From Botryllus schlosseri (Eukaryota): DNA of 64,000 nucleotides. This document shows positions 11,301 to 21,962 of the stretch, one piece after another. The stretch spans positions 23,250,001 to 23,314,000 of the forward strand of contig CM119379.1 of assembly GCA_051294905.1 (NCBI GenBank), given 5' to 3'. The stretch's first letter is position 1. Each line of letters begins with the position of its first letter. The translations under genes and the position numbers were made by a program. Below the pieces are notes generated by a model. That model was not told the DNA's origin and made no database searches. It saw only the letters and a program-made list of their open reading frames with translations.

Positions 11301-14300
11301 GTTTCTCCAAATTTCACTAAACTAGTGATCAAATTGTCGGATTGCCTAAAAAGCACCGTGAAACTCATCGTGAACAACTCTTTTTATTGGCCATATTTAA
11401 CAAACTTTATTCCATTTGATAAAACTAGTAATATTGCCAGTAATGATTTTGACATGGAAATCTGTTGACACTTTTGAATGCAATGGCACATGAGTACTCC
11501 AAATAACTAAAGTAGGCTATTTTGCAACTGAGCATTTCAAAGCCTTTTCAAAATCGCGTATATCTGAAACTGCTCTTATATTTGACTTGAAACTTAGAAT
11601 GAATGAAATTCCAAAACTTTCCGATAACTTGATTATTTCGATGACAGTTGAAGAGTGCAATTGCTTTCAATGATTACATACGACCAATATGTCTTCCACA
11701 CGGTGAAGAACCCCCATATGATTCGACCTGTATTACAATGGGTTGGGGCGTCAGTAAGTATATGTTTTAGTAAATGTTTGTTACGAAGCAGTATATATAT
11801 ATTTATATATGTCTCATTCCAGGTGTGAATGGATTGAATCAAATAACGCAAATCCTCCAAAATGCAGACATAAGAGTTTTCGACCCGGACGCTTGCGTGC
11901 ATGGATATAATAACCCTTCTCTTGCTGAGTATTTGCCATTTTTAAAAGCAAGAAGAGGGTATGTCTGCTCGGGAGATCTTGTCAATGCGAAAGACAGTTG
12001 TTCGGTATGTCATTTTATCATTGTTGCTAAATGTAGGGTTAACATACGTCCTCCTTAAGAAAATTTGTCCTCTTCAGGTTTTTTGAAAATGAACTCCTTT
12101 TTGGGAATTCGTCCTCCTTTACAGCATTTAGAGCTAAGATAGTGGATAGATTCGAGTGAAATGGGCATAAACGCTAAATAGGAAATTCTTGGTTCGAACG
12201 AAAGTGACGTCCTTTTTTTTAGTCAACCAACCAAAAAGTCAGGATAAATTACCTTTTTTCTGGATTTCACTCCAGTATTATAAGTTTGAAGAGTTTGAAA
12301 AAGATTCCTCCTTTCCCGATTCCAAAATATGGTAACCCTACTAAATGTGAACCAGCGGTTCCTAACTCATTTATGGTCGAGGGGCAGGATTCCAATTTTT
12401 CTCGGCCGGTTATATGACGGAAGTCAAATTTTTCAGCCGGTTCTGTTACAAAAAGTAATTGACAGTAACCTGTAATCGTAACTGATTTGTTGATCTCACA
12501 AAATTATGTGAGTCGTATCTATATGAACGATGCGATTTCCGATTTGAAAATGTTGCATGGTGTACCTCTAAATTTGTAAGCTGACAACTGAAAATAAAGT
12601 CAGACGCCATATTAGGGTCAGCACAAAAGGAAAATGACTTCAAGTTGGCTATCCGACAGTCATTGAGCATGTCCGCATTCAAGTCAAAATACAAACAAGT
12701 TCAATAAATAAATACTAGTTAATCCTCTAGTTTACCAGACCACTATGTGACATATCGATCTCGCCTTCAAACACACATGCCACCTTATTTTGTTACCTGT
12801 CCTTTTATATTATCTTCTTTTACCTTTCATTCAGTACGCATGCCTCCTTTTTACATCACCTAGGCCAGGTGGGTGTCTGATTTCAAAGACTACTCCAAGT
12901 CGTTCCGTAACCGTCCTACCTTTAATTGGCAGTCTTGTGGTGGATTGAAATGATGAAAATTGTAGCAATAAATTGAATTTGAAAACCAACATCAAGCAGC
13001 GATGTATCTGGGACATTACATATTTATGACACGCAAAGGAACTCTTAAAATCAAATATTCGGAATAGCATAGGGTTGCCATACGTCCGGAATATCCCGGA
13101 CATGTCCGGAATTCCACTGTTCTAAGTTGCATCCGGGGGGAATTTCTAAAATATGCCTACATGTCCGGAATTTTGAAGGCAAAGGCTCGTAATTCTTTCG
13201 TAAATCAACATAATAACATTATTTTGGGGGATATTTATGCTACAGGAATTTTTCTTGCAACAAAAAACTGCAGTAAAATATCAATAAAAATAACCTTGAT
13301 TTACTGAAATAAGCCCAATTGTAATCGCCATTATTGGAGAACTGTATATTCCTAGTCAAGGCCGTTAAAATGCTTTATTCAGAGACAGTGGTCCCAAACT
13401 TCGGGGCGTTTGCCTTTATTCTGGGTTTCGCGAAGATGTTTAGCGTAATCAGCTTCCAAAATAACCCGTGAGTAAGTCTGGGCAAACGTGCTGATTTCTT
13501 GTAGTAATCAGCTCGTCAAATTATGATCTGGGCCATGGAACATTTTCAAATTGGAGATGAAGTCGCGACCATTAAAGGTTGGAAACCACTGGATGTGGGG
13601 TGTTTATAAAGCTCCGTGTTGCGCACCGGCATAAGGCTGATAATAAATATTTTCGGTGTGACATCAGCATGACCTAACGATGTACAGCAATTACGCTCCC
13701 TGTATTTTCGAAGTCATCATCCTCCACCAGCTCTACCGCTAACTCTGATCATGTGGGCGGAGAGAGGATCAAACTATATAGTAATATATCGAAGAACCAA
13801 TATTATGGACAGAATTCATTCAAAAAATTTACCGACCAGATGTATATAGAAACCAGATGCATAAAGCAAGCCCCCCCGGAAGTTGCATCGATTACCCTAT
13901 GGTGGGCCCAAAATCATTGTTTATTTGGGCGGGAAGGGGCTGAAAAATAGTGGTTTCGGTCCTGGTTACACAACACACAGCCACATACTCCTGAACCGGA
14001 TCTTGACCACTTCAGGTCTAAAAGCAAAGGTTTGCTAGTGGGACGTGATATTGACAGACAATATGCTCGTAACTCATTTTGAAATCCACTAGTGGGCGCT
14101 GTAGATTGTCCGTAATTTGGGTCGCAGAAATACGGTAAGAACCCTAGAATAGCGTGTAGAACATTTTACTGATATATGAAGAGCAAAACGACTATTCTTA
14201 CTAAATTTATGATTGGTGAGCAATGATCATTATTTTGAACTCTCTGCAGGGGGATAGCGGGTCACCTCTTGTCTGTCAGAGATGCAAAAACTGTGGTTGG

Positions 14301-14438
14301 TATGTTGCGGGACTCTCATCATTTGGTCCGACGCCTTGTGCCACGAGAGGAATACCCGCAGTTTATACAAAGGTCACCGATTATGAAGAATGGATTTATC
14401 ATGTAACCGGGATCAGTAAACAATCATGGACTTGCTGA
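2375..14438 (+). CDS. ShK/TSP1-repeat trypsin-like serine protease, copy A (5' exons outside the window)
   Basis: Hand-spliced exons: ShK 2375-2500, 3297-3395; TSP1 3687-3854, 4222-4368; ShK 4978-5076; TSP1 5189-5347, 6712-6870, 7925-8071, 8569-8721, 8802-8948; short TSP1-like 9154-9264; linker/activation 9333-9496 (YERR|VIGG); catalytic 9556-9638 (TAAHC), 9705-9858 (HDIGIL), 11648-11753, 11823-12004 (KDSCS), 14250-14438 (GDSGSP, stop). Phases are consistent, with no internal stops over about 797 codons. Confidence 0.9.
5835..6514. mobile_element. Non-autonomous DNA transposon with long subterminal inverted repeats (TTAA-GGGGG left end, Kolobok-like)
   Basis: 5944-5979 is the near reverse complement of 6385-6420. 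The left end follows TTAA and the right end is truncated. Absent from the copy B intron. Confidence 0.55.
9893..11137 (+). mobile_element. CAGTGT(T/C)GGG-ended hAT-type element, truncated, carrying a nested MITE
   Basis: Starts CAGTGTCGGGACGACTTGAGTCATG, the reverse complement of the end seen at 21938-21962. Flanked by GTTCAAGC/CTTCAAGC; copy B has the empty site TGTTCAAGCTAGTCC near 36097. Confidence 0.6.
10336..10864 (-). mobile_element. GACTCGAGTC-rich hAT MITE
   Basis: TIRs CACGGTTGTAA / TTACAACCCTG; 8-bp TSD ATTACAGT/ATTGCAGT. Confidence 0.85.
12034..12340. mobile_element. TAGGG-ended MITE with 7-bp TSD
   Basis: TIRs TAGGGTTAACATA / TATGGTAACCCTA; TSD CTAAATG on both sides; empty site in copy B near 37070; same family as 41387-41699. 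Confidence 0.85.
13070..14146. mobile_element. Non-autonomous hAT element
   Basis: Left TIR TAGGGTTGCCATACG, degenerate right TIR ending ACCCTA; 8-bp TSD GAATAGCA/GAATAGCG; single GAATAGCA in copy B near 37476. Confidence 0.8.
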
Positions 14439-14482
14439 AGGGATTAATTATCACTATGATGACTTTTGAAGCTATGTTTCTG

Positions 14483-14488
14483 AATAAA
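14483..14488 (+). terminator. Candidate polyadenylation signal of protease copy A
   Basis: AATAAA 45 nt after the stop codon, with a second AATAAA at 14493-14498. Confidence 0.5.
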
Positions 14489-15944
14489 ATGAAATAAAAA
14501 TGACTAAATTTAATGATCGTGTCATAAAATAATGGCTTACAAAGAATGCACAGTGCACACACACAATCGTATTTTTCATTTGTCACACTAAGCTACTGTG
14601 CTTGGCGGTTTAGTTCAGCTTCAAAGATGTTTCCTAGAGGGTGTCTCATTTTGAAACAGAACAAGTTCAATAGCTTCAAGTCGTTTTGAGGAGATAGTAG
14701 CTTGGTAAAATCTTGAACAGATACCCAGTTATTCCCAAGGAAATAATGTGGCATAAGAACCGTCATATTATAATTGCAAGTGCTACCAAATTTTACATTT
14801 GGTGGAGTTTATCCAAAGCTGAGGAGCAAAAATTTCCACATCAACCGAATGCTTTTTTCAGCGCTCTTCAGATATGAACCACCCATATGTGGTCAAAACA
14901 GTTGTTACTACAACTCAGATGATGTCACTCAATTAAATGTACCAACAGGCGGTTTCCATAACTACTGTAGACTAGAGAATGAATTGTATTGAAAGAGCTC
15001 AAGCAGTTTAAAAAGGGGATGAAGCATTGCAGATTTCATTAGTCAATCGTAGATGCCAACTTTCAAAATTTCAGGTCGCACAACACGAATGACCAGCAGG
15101 CAAGTGCAATATACAAATGATACTCGGCCATTGTCATAAGTGAATTATGCCGACTGTTGTGAATCCAGTCATGAACGTGATGTAAACCGTTCCAAAATAT
15201 CTACCTTGCCTAATTAAAAGAACTTTACAAGTGGGAGTATTCTGAAAATGACAATTTGAGTAAGAAAGTAAATTTCCATTTAAAACTTCACAAGTGGAAG
15301 TCAGATAGATATCCCTGATGGAAGTAGTCTGAATACAAGGATTTAGGTACCGGTAACTAAAACAACACTAGGGTAGTAACAACATCCCTAGAAATGCCTC
15401 TTCTTTGGGAAGTAAATGTCACAATGTTTTGAATCTAAAACTGAGTGATCATGCCCCTTTTTATACCGCTATATTCCTGATCTATTGTCGTGAATTGTTC
15501 GTACATTTCATTGCTGCACACAATTGATGCGTGCAGTTCATAAAGAAACAGACAAGAACCGTTATATTGATATACCCATAGATGCTCTAGAGACTGGATA
15601 TTGAGAGACGTAGCTGCCTGGCAAACTCCACGAGCACTGCATGAGACTGGAATCTGTATCTTTTGATAGCAGACCGGCGCAGATGTTGATAAATTTAATC
15701 CCAGCAAGATAAGGCCTGCTTTCTTCGGAAACATTGGACGTGGTCAGTGGTCACACATAAATTGATCTGTCCAATTCAGTGAATAACAATTGGTAAAATG
15801 TCGATTGCACTACACATGTACACAATTACCCTGTTGGGACGCTTGGTATCAGAACAGCACAGGTCATATAGTAAACTGCACATTATTCTGCATTCTGTTC
15901 ACATACAATCATCACTTGTACGGAAGAATGAGGTAAAACAAAAT

Positions 15945-16344
15945 TCAAGGTTGCGGATCAAGCACTATCTTACAAGCGTCTTGCGAGAAGAGGGCAGTAA
16001 AGGCATCCTTATATTTTGACATTGGAAGGTTGTGAGAAAGGATTGACTTTTTTTCCAGCCATCAACCTTTCACACTGCTCTTAAGTATGAAATATTCTTC
16101 TTCCATGCACGGTGTTGAGAGTGAGAGATTTAAAAACAATGTCTACTGTCACGTTTACCCCAAGCTTTGCAGCGACTCCAGCAGTTTGTTGGCCCGGCGT
16201 AAATGGCAATGCAGCGATTAGCTTGGCTATTTCATTCCATTTGTATAAGGATATATCAGATAACTCGTCTTCCTTAGGTTCTGTTATATCTTCCGTTGAC
16301 CATTCGTGCCCCTCTACGACTTCTCTTTTAATCAAGCAATTCAT
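15945..16344 (-). pseudogene. tdh: Deleted relic of the Zn-dependent threonine dehydrogenase
   Basis: Aligns to both ends of 40021-41070. It has a 33-nt deletion removing the AICG zinc-ligand motif, GHE changed to GQQ, a 606-nt internal deletion, a TGG-to-TAA nonsense change at 16081 and a further indel downstream. Confidence 0.92.
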
Positions 16345-16559
16345 GGTGAAATACGCCCAAGATCCTCAGTATGAATCCAGCCATATGCACACCGTAAAGT
16401 AGCATTGTTGACGAAATCTGCAAACAGCTCGTAGTGCAATTTGCAGGATAGCAGTATTCATTATGACACGTCCTCATGATTTTCTCTTTGAACTGAGTTT
16501 CGAGATAGAGATAAACATGAAAATTTAGGATTAAGTAGTCAACCGAAATAATTATAAAT

Positions 16560-17000
16560 CTATGGCTCTATAAAGTATGTCGGAACTCAGATATGGAACA
16601 GTATGTCGCCGGATATTCGACAGCCGTGTAGCATGTTCCCATTCAAGTAGAAGTACAAACTTTAGGCCTACCTACTGAATGAATGCCAAGGCTAGTCATG
16701 TCAACCTCGCCTACCGAGTCCCGAACCAACACATGCCATACTGTTTTCATTTTTATCGCTAGTCCTTTTATGTTTTCCCCTTTAATTTCATTCCATCCAT
16801 CTACATGCTCTAAAACAGGGTGTCTAATTAAAAGACCACTCCGGTCGTCTCGACACCCTCCTATCTTTTCATCATCATCTCAAATTTGTGTTTTGATCTG
16901 ATGTAAATTCCAATAAAATGATTGAGTGGTGCTAGCCGAATTCGCTACAAGGAAATCGTGCCGGCTTAGGGTTATCCCGCGCGTTAAAATTCGTGAGAAG
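16560..17000. promoter_or_regulatory. Relic copy of the tdh/NUP210 intergenic promoter region
   Basis: Collinear with about 41700-42170, including a 35-bp identical block (16931-16965 = 42105-42139). Confidence 0.65.
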
Positions 17001-17222
17001 CCTGTCATTAAAAATTTTGATATTTGTTAGAGAAGAACCAAATATTATATCTCAGGGGTGGGCAGATCTGGTTCATGAGCGAGTCGCATATCTAAAATCT
17101 TAACTTCAAAAGAGCCATAACAAAAAACAAACAAAAAATCAAAAGTACAATCTTATGACGTCATAATAAAATGTAGGCTATCGAATGAAGTTTGTTGTTG
17201 TGCTTGTGTAATGTGTGCTGAT

Positions 17223-17451
17223 GAAGGAAAAGGTGATAATGTCAAGTTTGCTTCGAAGGTATCTGGAAAGGAGCATGTCTACACCGTATCGTGTGTTCGT
17301 TTGGGTTCGGAAGAAATCTCGTTTTCGGTTGGAAATAAGCCTTGTACTACCGGTACCAATCCGTTTCCTGAGAGAAAAACTATCATTGTGAGAATATCTT
17401 ATGCTAGCTGTGTATGCCTCTATACACCGACCTCTCTGAAGTTAGCCACTG
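17223..17451 (+). pseudogene. NUP210: Internal fragment of NUP210
   Basis: EGKGDNVKFASKVSGKEHVY...PTSLKLAT matches 44388-44591 with small insertions; the 2.2 kb of 5' coding sequence is missing. Confidence 0.9.
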
Positions 17452-17468
17452 TCTGCCGGATGACTGCC

Positions 17469-18804
17469 GGGTTATTCCACGCCAAATAAACTAGGGGGTT
17501 GCACTATTGCACCAAGTTTGGATAATTTATATGAAATTTAGCACACTGGTTGATGAAGCTTTAGATATGTCAAATCCATTTTTTTTTTCAAATTCTCAAA
17601 AAGCACAAGTTATGAGGCATCAAAGTTTGCACATTTTCCTTGTCACGTTTCATTGAACACTGTCAATTATTTCTTCAATGTCATAATTTTGAAGGTAAAA
17701 AGCCGTCAATGTGACTGAAATTTGGAGACATGATACTACTGGTCTCCACGAATTCTTAAATTGATGGCCCAAACATTTCAGAGTATGTTATCATATAAAA
17801 AAATGTCACCTGAGACTCCCACTGTTTGTTTTGGTACCGAAAGTTTAAACTCCCATAAATAAAAAGGGGGAAACATTTAAGAAACCCAAATTCTGAAGTA
17901 GTTATCTTGGCTATATTCTCTTTAATTTAATATTGATTCAACGCAATAATTTACAACTACGCCAGTAAAAAAAACTTCAAAATAATGATTGGATTACAAT
18001 AAAAATAACTTCAAACTTTCAAGTCATTGTTCATTGTGATGTCACAATGCATCCATTTTTGAAGGTGGCTGAATGGAGTTAACTGATCCTGGGAATTACA
18101 GTATAGTTGTGGCTGAGTAACTAGTCAAATTTTAGAAAGCGAGTGACTTTATTGTCCTAATTTTAACAGGTAAATACCGTAACTTATTTTGAGTGTCATA
18201 GCTAGATGAACCAGAAGAATTTCCTGAATCTTTCCTATCATGCAACCGAATTCGGCATTAATGCAGAATGGGTGATTTTTGCAACAAGTCATGGCAAGTC
18301 TCCCGGTGATGGTATTGGTGGAACAGTTGAAAGAATAGCTTCTCGTGTATCAATTCAAAGGGTTGCAGGGGCTGATTTGATCTTAACACCACCCCAATTA
18401 TACGATTTTTGTCCGAAAAACATTGCTGACCTTGATTTTATTTTCATTTCCAAACAAAGTATGACACCCATTCGTTCTGCAATGTCAAGTCGTTTCCAGG
18501 AAGCTGATAAAGCAATACCGGGAACTCGCAACTTTTACCATTTTGTTCCCATCGTAGATAAAAAAAAATTGCCATGAAAAGAGTATCATGTCAGGAGCAT
18601 TTTGATTTGATACATACTATACCTTCGGCACAAGCTGCAATTCATAAATAAGGCCAACACCTCTCAGCTATGCCGCATGCCTAAATGATAGGAAATGGTG
18701 GATTGGAATGGTGTTAGATGTGAATGAGGAGCATTGTGACGCCAAAATCAAATTCCTGCATCGTCACGGTCCGTCATGTTCATTTCATTGGCCAGCTAGA
18801 GAAG
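17469..18804 (+). mobile_element. Truncated Sola-like DDE DNA transposon with transposase remnant
   Basis: Begins GGGTTATTCCACGCC (GRG-type end). 18206-18577 encodes NFLNLSYHATEFGINAEWVIFATSHGKSPGDGIGGTVER. A frameshifted C-terminal piece (WWIGMVLDVNEEHCDAKIKFLHRHGPSCSFHWP) lies at about 18690-18800. Subfamily assignment is from recalled motifs, not a search. Confidence 0.65.
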
Positions 18805-18805
18805 C

Positions 18806-18990
18806 GGGGGAGATAGCGTAGGGGTGACGATAAGCGCCCACTAATCGGGTGGCCCCGGTTAGATTCCCGTCGGAGGCTTATCTGGGCTCCTCTTGCCCCG
18901 CCGTCCCAGAGCCCAGAAAAAGACCCGACGAAAGAAAGCACTCACAAGGGACGGAAAGAACTAGAAAGAGCAGCGGCTTCAAAAAAATCA
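18806..18990 (+). mobile_element. tRNA-derived SINE-like sequence
   Basis: A-box-like TAGCGTAGGGG (18814-18824) and B-box-like GGTTAGATTCC (18857-18867) at tRNA spacing; A-rich 3' part; interrupts the transposase relic. Confidence 0.45.
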
Positions 18991-20179
18991 ACATCGAAAA
19001 TAACTGTGATGTCGGGCAATCTAGGCCGAGGTGGATGTCAGTCTAAAAAGATTGCAACTGCGTGTCGTTCGATATCCCCTTATCTGTTCATTATATCGCA
19101 TTTTGTCTTATTGCATCGTACACTATGTTTAACTTGTTCAGATGAAAATACGACAAGAGTTAAGATTTTTCAGGATAATGAATGGCATTTATTGATTCAA
19201 CACAGACAACGGCCCATGCCTCATCACCCCCTGGCTCATACCTCCTACTCTACCCTATTTTTTACTTTCAAAAATGATGTATTGTTACAAAATTTGATGT
19301 CACCTCCAAATACATGTGTATTTTAGCTGAATTCTATCTGCAATAGTTAGCCATATAACTAGTCTGTCCCGAAATATTAGAATATTGGACCAAGTTTGGG
19401 CAAGTTACAGCATGGCAAGATTTGATGGCCCATACCTACTCAGTACTCACTCTTCTTTACATAGTTAGAGTGTACGTGTTAGCGGTTTTTAAAATTATTC
19501 AATCAATCATTGTGTTTCTTCCAATTACATTGCTTGTGAATAAAGGTATTTCTAGAACGGAGCAGTGTCGGTATCTAGTCACTACCTTCGAGTCACACGT
19601 CATCTCGAGACATTGCACATTTTGAGTCAAGTCAATCAATTTTTGAAGGTGACTGTAGTCAAGTCAAGTCAAGTTGTCTCTTTGAAATGTGAGGCATGAT
19701 TAAGTCATTGCATTCTTTTAGCTGTTTGAAATACAGATTGAGTCGCCATTTATTTTAAATCGAGAAACGAATAAAGAGTTAAATATATATGCAAAAAGGC
19801 GCTGTGTAGACCTCGCATGCGTTGAACTGTCAAACTACGTAAGTAACTGTTGTATACCCTCAGTCTATAATTATCCGCCACAATAGAGAATAGAATACAA
19901 AACCTCATATAGTTGAACGAATTGATATTCTGTACTACCCTACTTGGATACAATTTAAGCGAGTTGGCGAGTAATCTAAACTATATTAGAATTCAATTCA
20001 AATCACACAAGAGGTTTGGTCAAGGTGAGTACCGGGCACCAATCACCATTCTATATAACAGAGATGGATACTTGGCTTTTATATTACTTTCCTACTAGTT
20101 AACAATAACGTATGCTGCGAACTCCAATCATTTCGTTTGCGGTCAATCTATTTGTGATAAAACGATGGAGGTTCAGTAA

Positions 20180-21133
20180 AGGCTGCTGCACACTGGCTTT
20201 GCGACACGACTAAAACAGGTAATTCCCCGATCATGTTGCGCTCACGATCGCGGTAGTTGCGTTCTGCTGGACACTGGGACACCGAGTCGTAACGTTGGCC
20301 TATCTGTTCTGCACCAACTTAATGATTTTGTAACAGTATAGGTTCTTGGTTATTACTATTGAAGAACACATCAAGATACTTCCTACACATATGTGTTTTA
20401 TATGGGAACATGTACTGATAGCATTTTGCTGATGCTCCGAATTTTGATACACCATAATGCCACTATGATATTCTCAAAGTCGAAAACTCAGTTTATTATT
20501 CCAATTCAAGACGCAGATGCACAGTATACAGTTCCCAAGATACAAAGAATATAAACAAGGTGTCTAATCGTTGAAACACCCTGACATAGTCCATCAATCA
20601 GATTTCATCTGTATGATATATAGGCCTAATTTTCTAGGCCTACCGGTACTTTCGTAATGTCAAGCATGTCAGTGGCATTGGCGGGCTAGCGGTGATGTTC
20701 TCTGTTATTCATCTTGTATTGTGAACATATAGTGATTTAATTGTCAAATATATCTTCATTTCGTTCATCCATCTTCAAGTTATCAACTTGAGGTTGAATA
20801 TCGTACAGCGCCATGAGTCACTCCCGCACAGCCTTCACCGTGTAACCCAAGATAAATTACGCATCTGGTACACGAGAATGTTAAATTAGGAAGTTGAACG
20901 ATTAGAAAAGATTGCAACAGCACCGCCGAAATAAGAGCGCGTGTTTATTTTCTACTGCTACTGAGCCCGCAACTCGCGACAAAGTTGGAATTTTTCAACT
21001 TTGTCGGCGAGTTGCGCAGCCCGCTCGCCGACGCTTTGTTGCGTAGTCTGGCGACGTGGTGTGCATGGTTTTGTCACAGACAGGAGCGATTCTCTCATTT
21101 TATCGTGTCGCGAGGGCCAGTGTGCAGCAGCCT
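20180..21133. mobile_element. PIF/Harbinger non-autonomous element
   Basis: TIRs AGGCTGCTGCACACTGGC / GCCAGTGTGCAGCAGCCT; TAA on both sides. Confidence 0.88.
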
Positions 21134-21269
21134 TAAAACGTAAAATCATTGAATGAATGAAATTTGTCGCTCTTACAGGTCACACCAGCACATTGAGAAC
21201 AATTCGAACATATGCAAGATATTGTGATTTAGTCGACATCGATTACTTGTGAGGACTTGAAGTTGACAC

Positions 21270-21962
21270 GTAAATTTTGCTCCTAGTCACGACTCAATCC
21301 ACATTTCGGAAATGTCAAGTCGAGTCATTTTTGCAAAGCAGGGTTGTAACCAAGTTACAAGTCCATCTCACTTTTATACTTTTGACTCGAGTCAAGTCGA
21401 GTCATTTTCAATTCACCACCGAGTCAAGTTCGAGTCCAAGTCAGCAAGCAGAGGGTCGAGTCATGGTATTATGACTCGAGTCCAAGTCATTGTCATGACT
21501 GCTCAGTCTCCAGTTAAAGTATTGTTAAACATACTTGTAAAACTCTGTTTGGTGATATCGAATGGTTCACATTAATGATACACTAATTTTCCTCACTTTT
21601 AGCAGTTTCTGGTCGCATTTTCAAGTACCAGTACCAATAGACGAAATCCCAATAGTGTCGTAAATTACTATTCTTCGATATTACATTGAAACGTCGGTCT
21701 TGGCCATCTGAGTCTCGAGTCATATGACTTAGTTCGAGTCATGGGCAATAACTTGAGTCCAAGTCGAGTAAATCCATAGATTGAATCGAGTCGAGTCATC
21801 TTTTCTCAAAATACGAAAATGACTCGAGTCAAGTTGAGTCATCCGAAAATTGGGACTTGAATCGGACTCGAGTCCTTACAACCCTGTTGAAAAGTGACTC
21901 AAGTGAAGTCATGCGAAAAAGGGGACTCAGGTCAAGTCATGACTAGAGTCATCCCAACACTG
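21270..21962 (+). mobile_element. 3' part of a CAGTGTTGGG-ended hAT-type element hosting a nested MITE
   Basis: Ends GAGTCATCCCAACACTG; GAGTC/GACTC repeats flank the nested copy. Confidence 0.55.
21339..21886 (+). mobile_element. GACTCGAGTC-rich hAT MITE
   Basis: TIRs CAGGGTTGTAA / TTACAACCCTG; TSD TTGCAAAG/TTGAAAAG. Confidence 0.88.

Larger units (their letters stand above)
27..17451 (+). repeat. Segmental duplication, copy A (protease + tdh relic + promoter + NUP210 relic); extends left of the window
   Basis: Collinear similarity to about 25020-44591 in both exons and introns: 27-290 matches 25021-25230, protease exons match one-for-one, 15945-16344 matches 40021-41070, 16931-16965 is identical to 42105-42139, and 17223-17451 matches 44388-44591. 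Confidence 0.92.
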
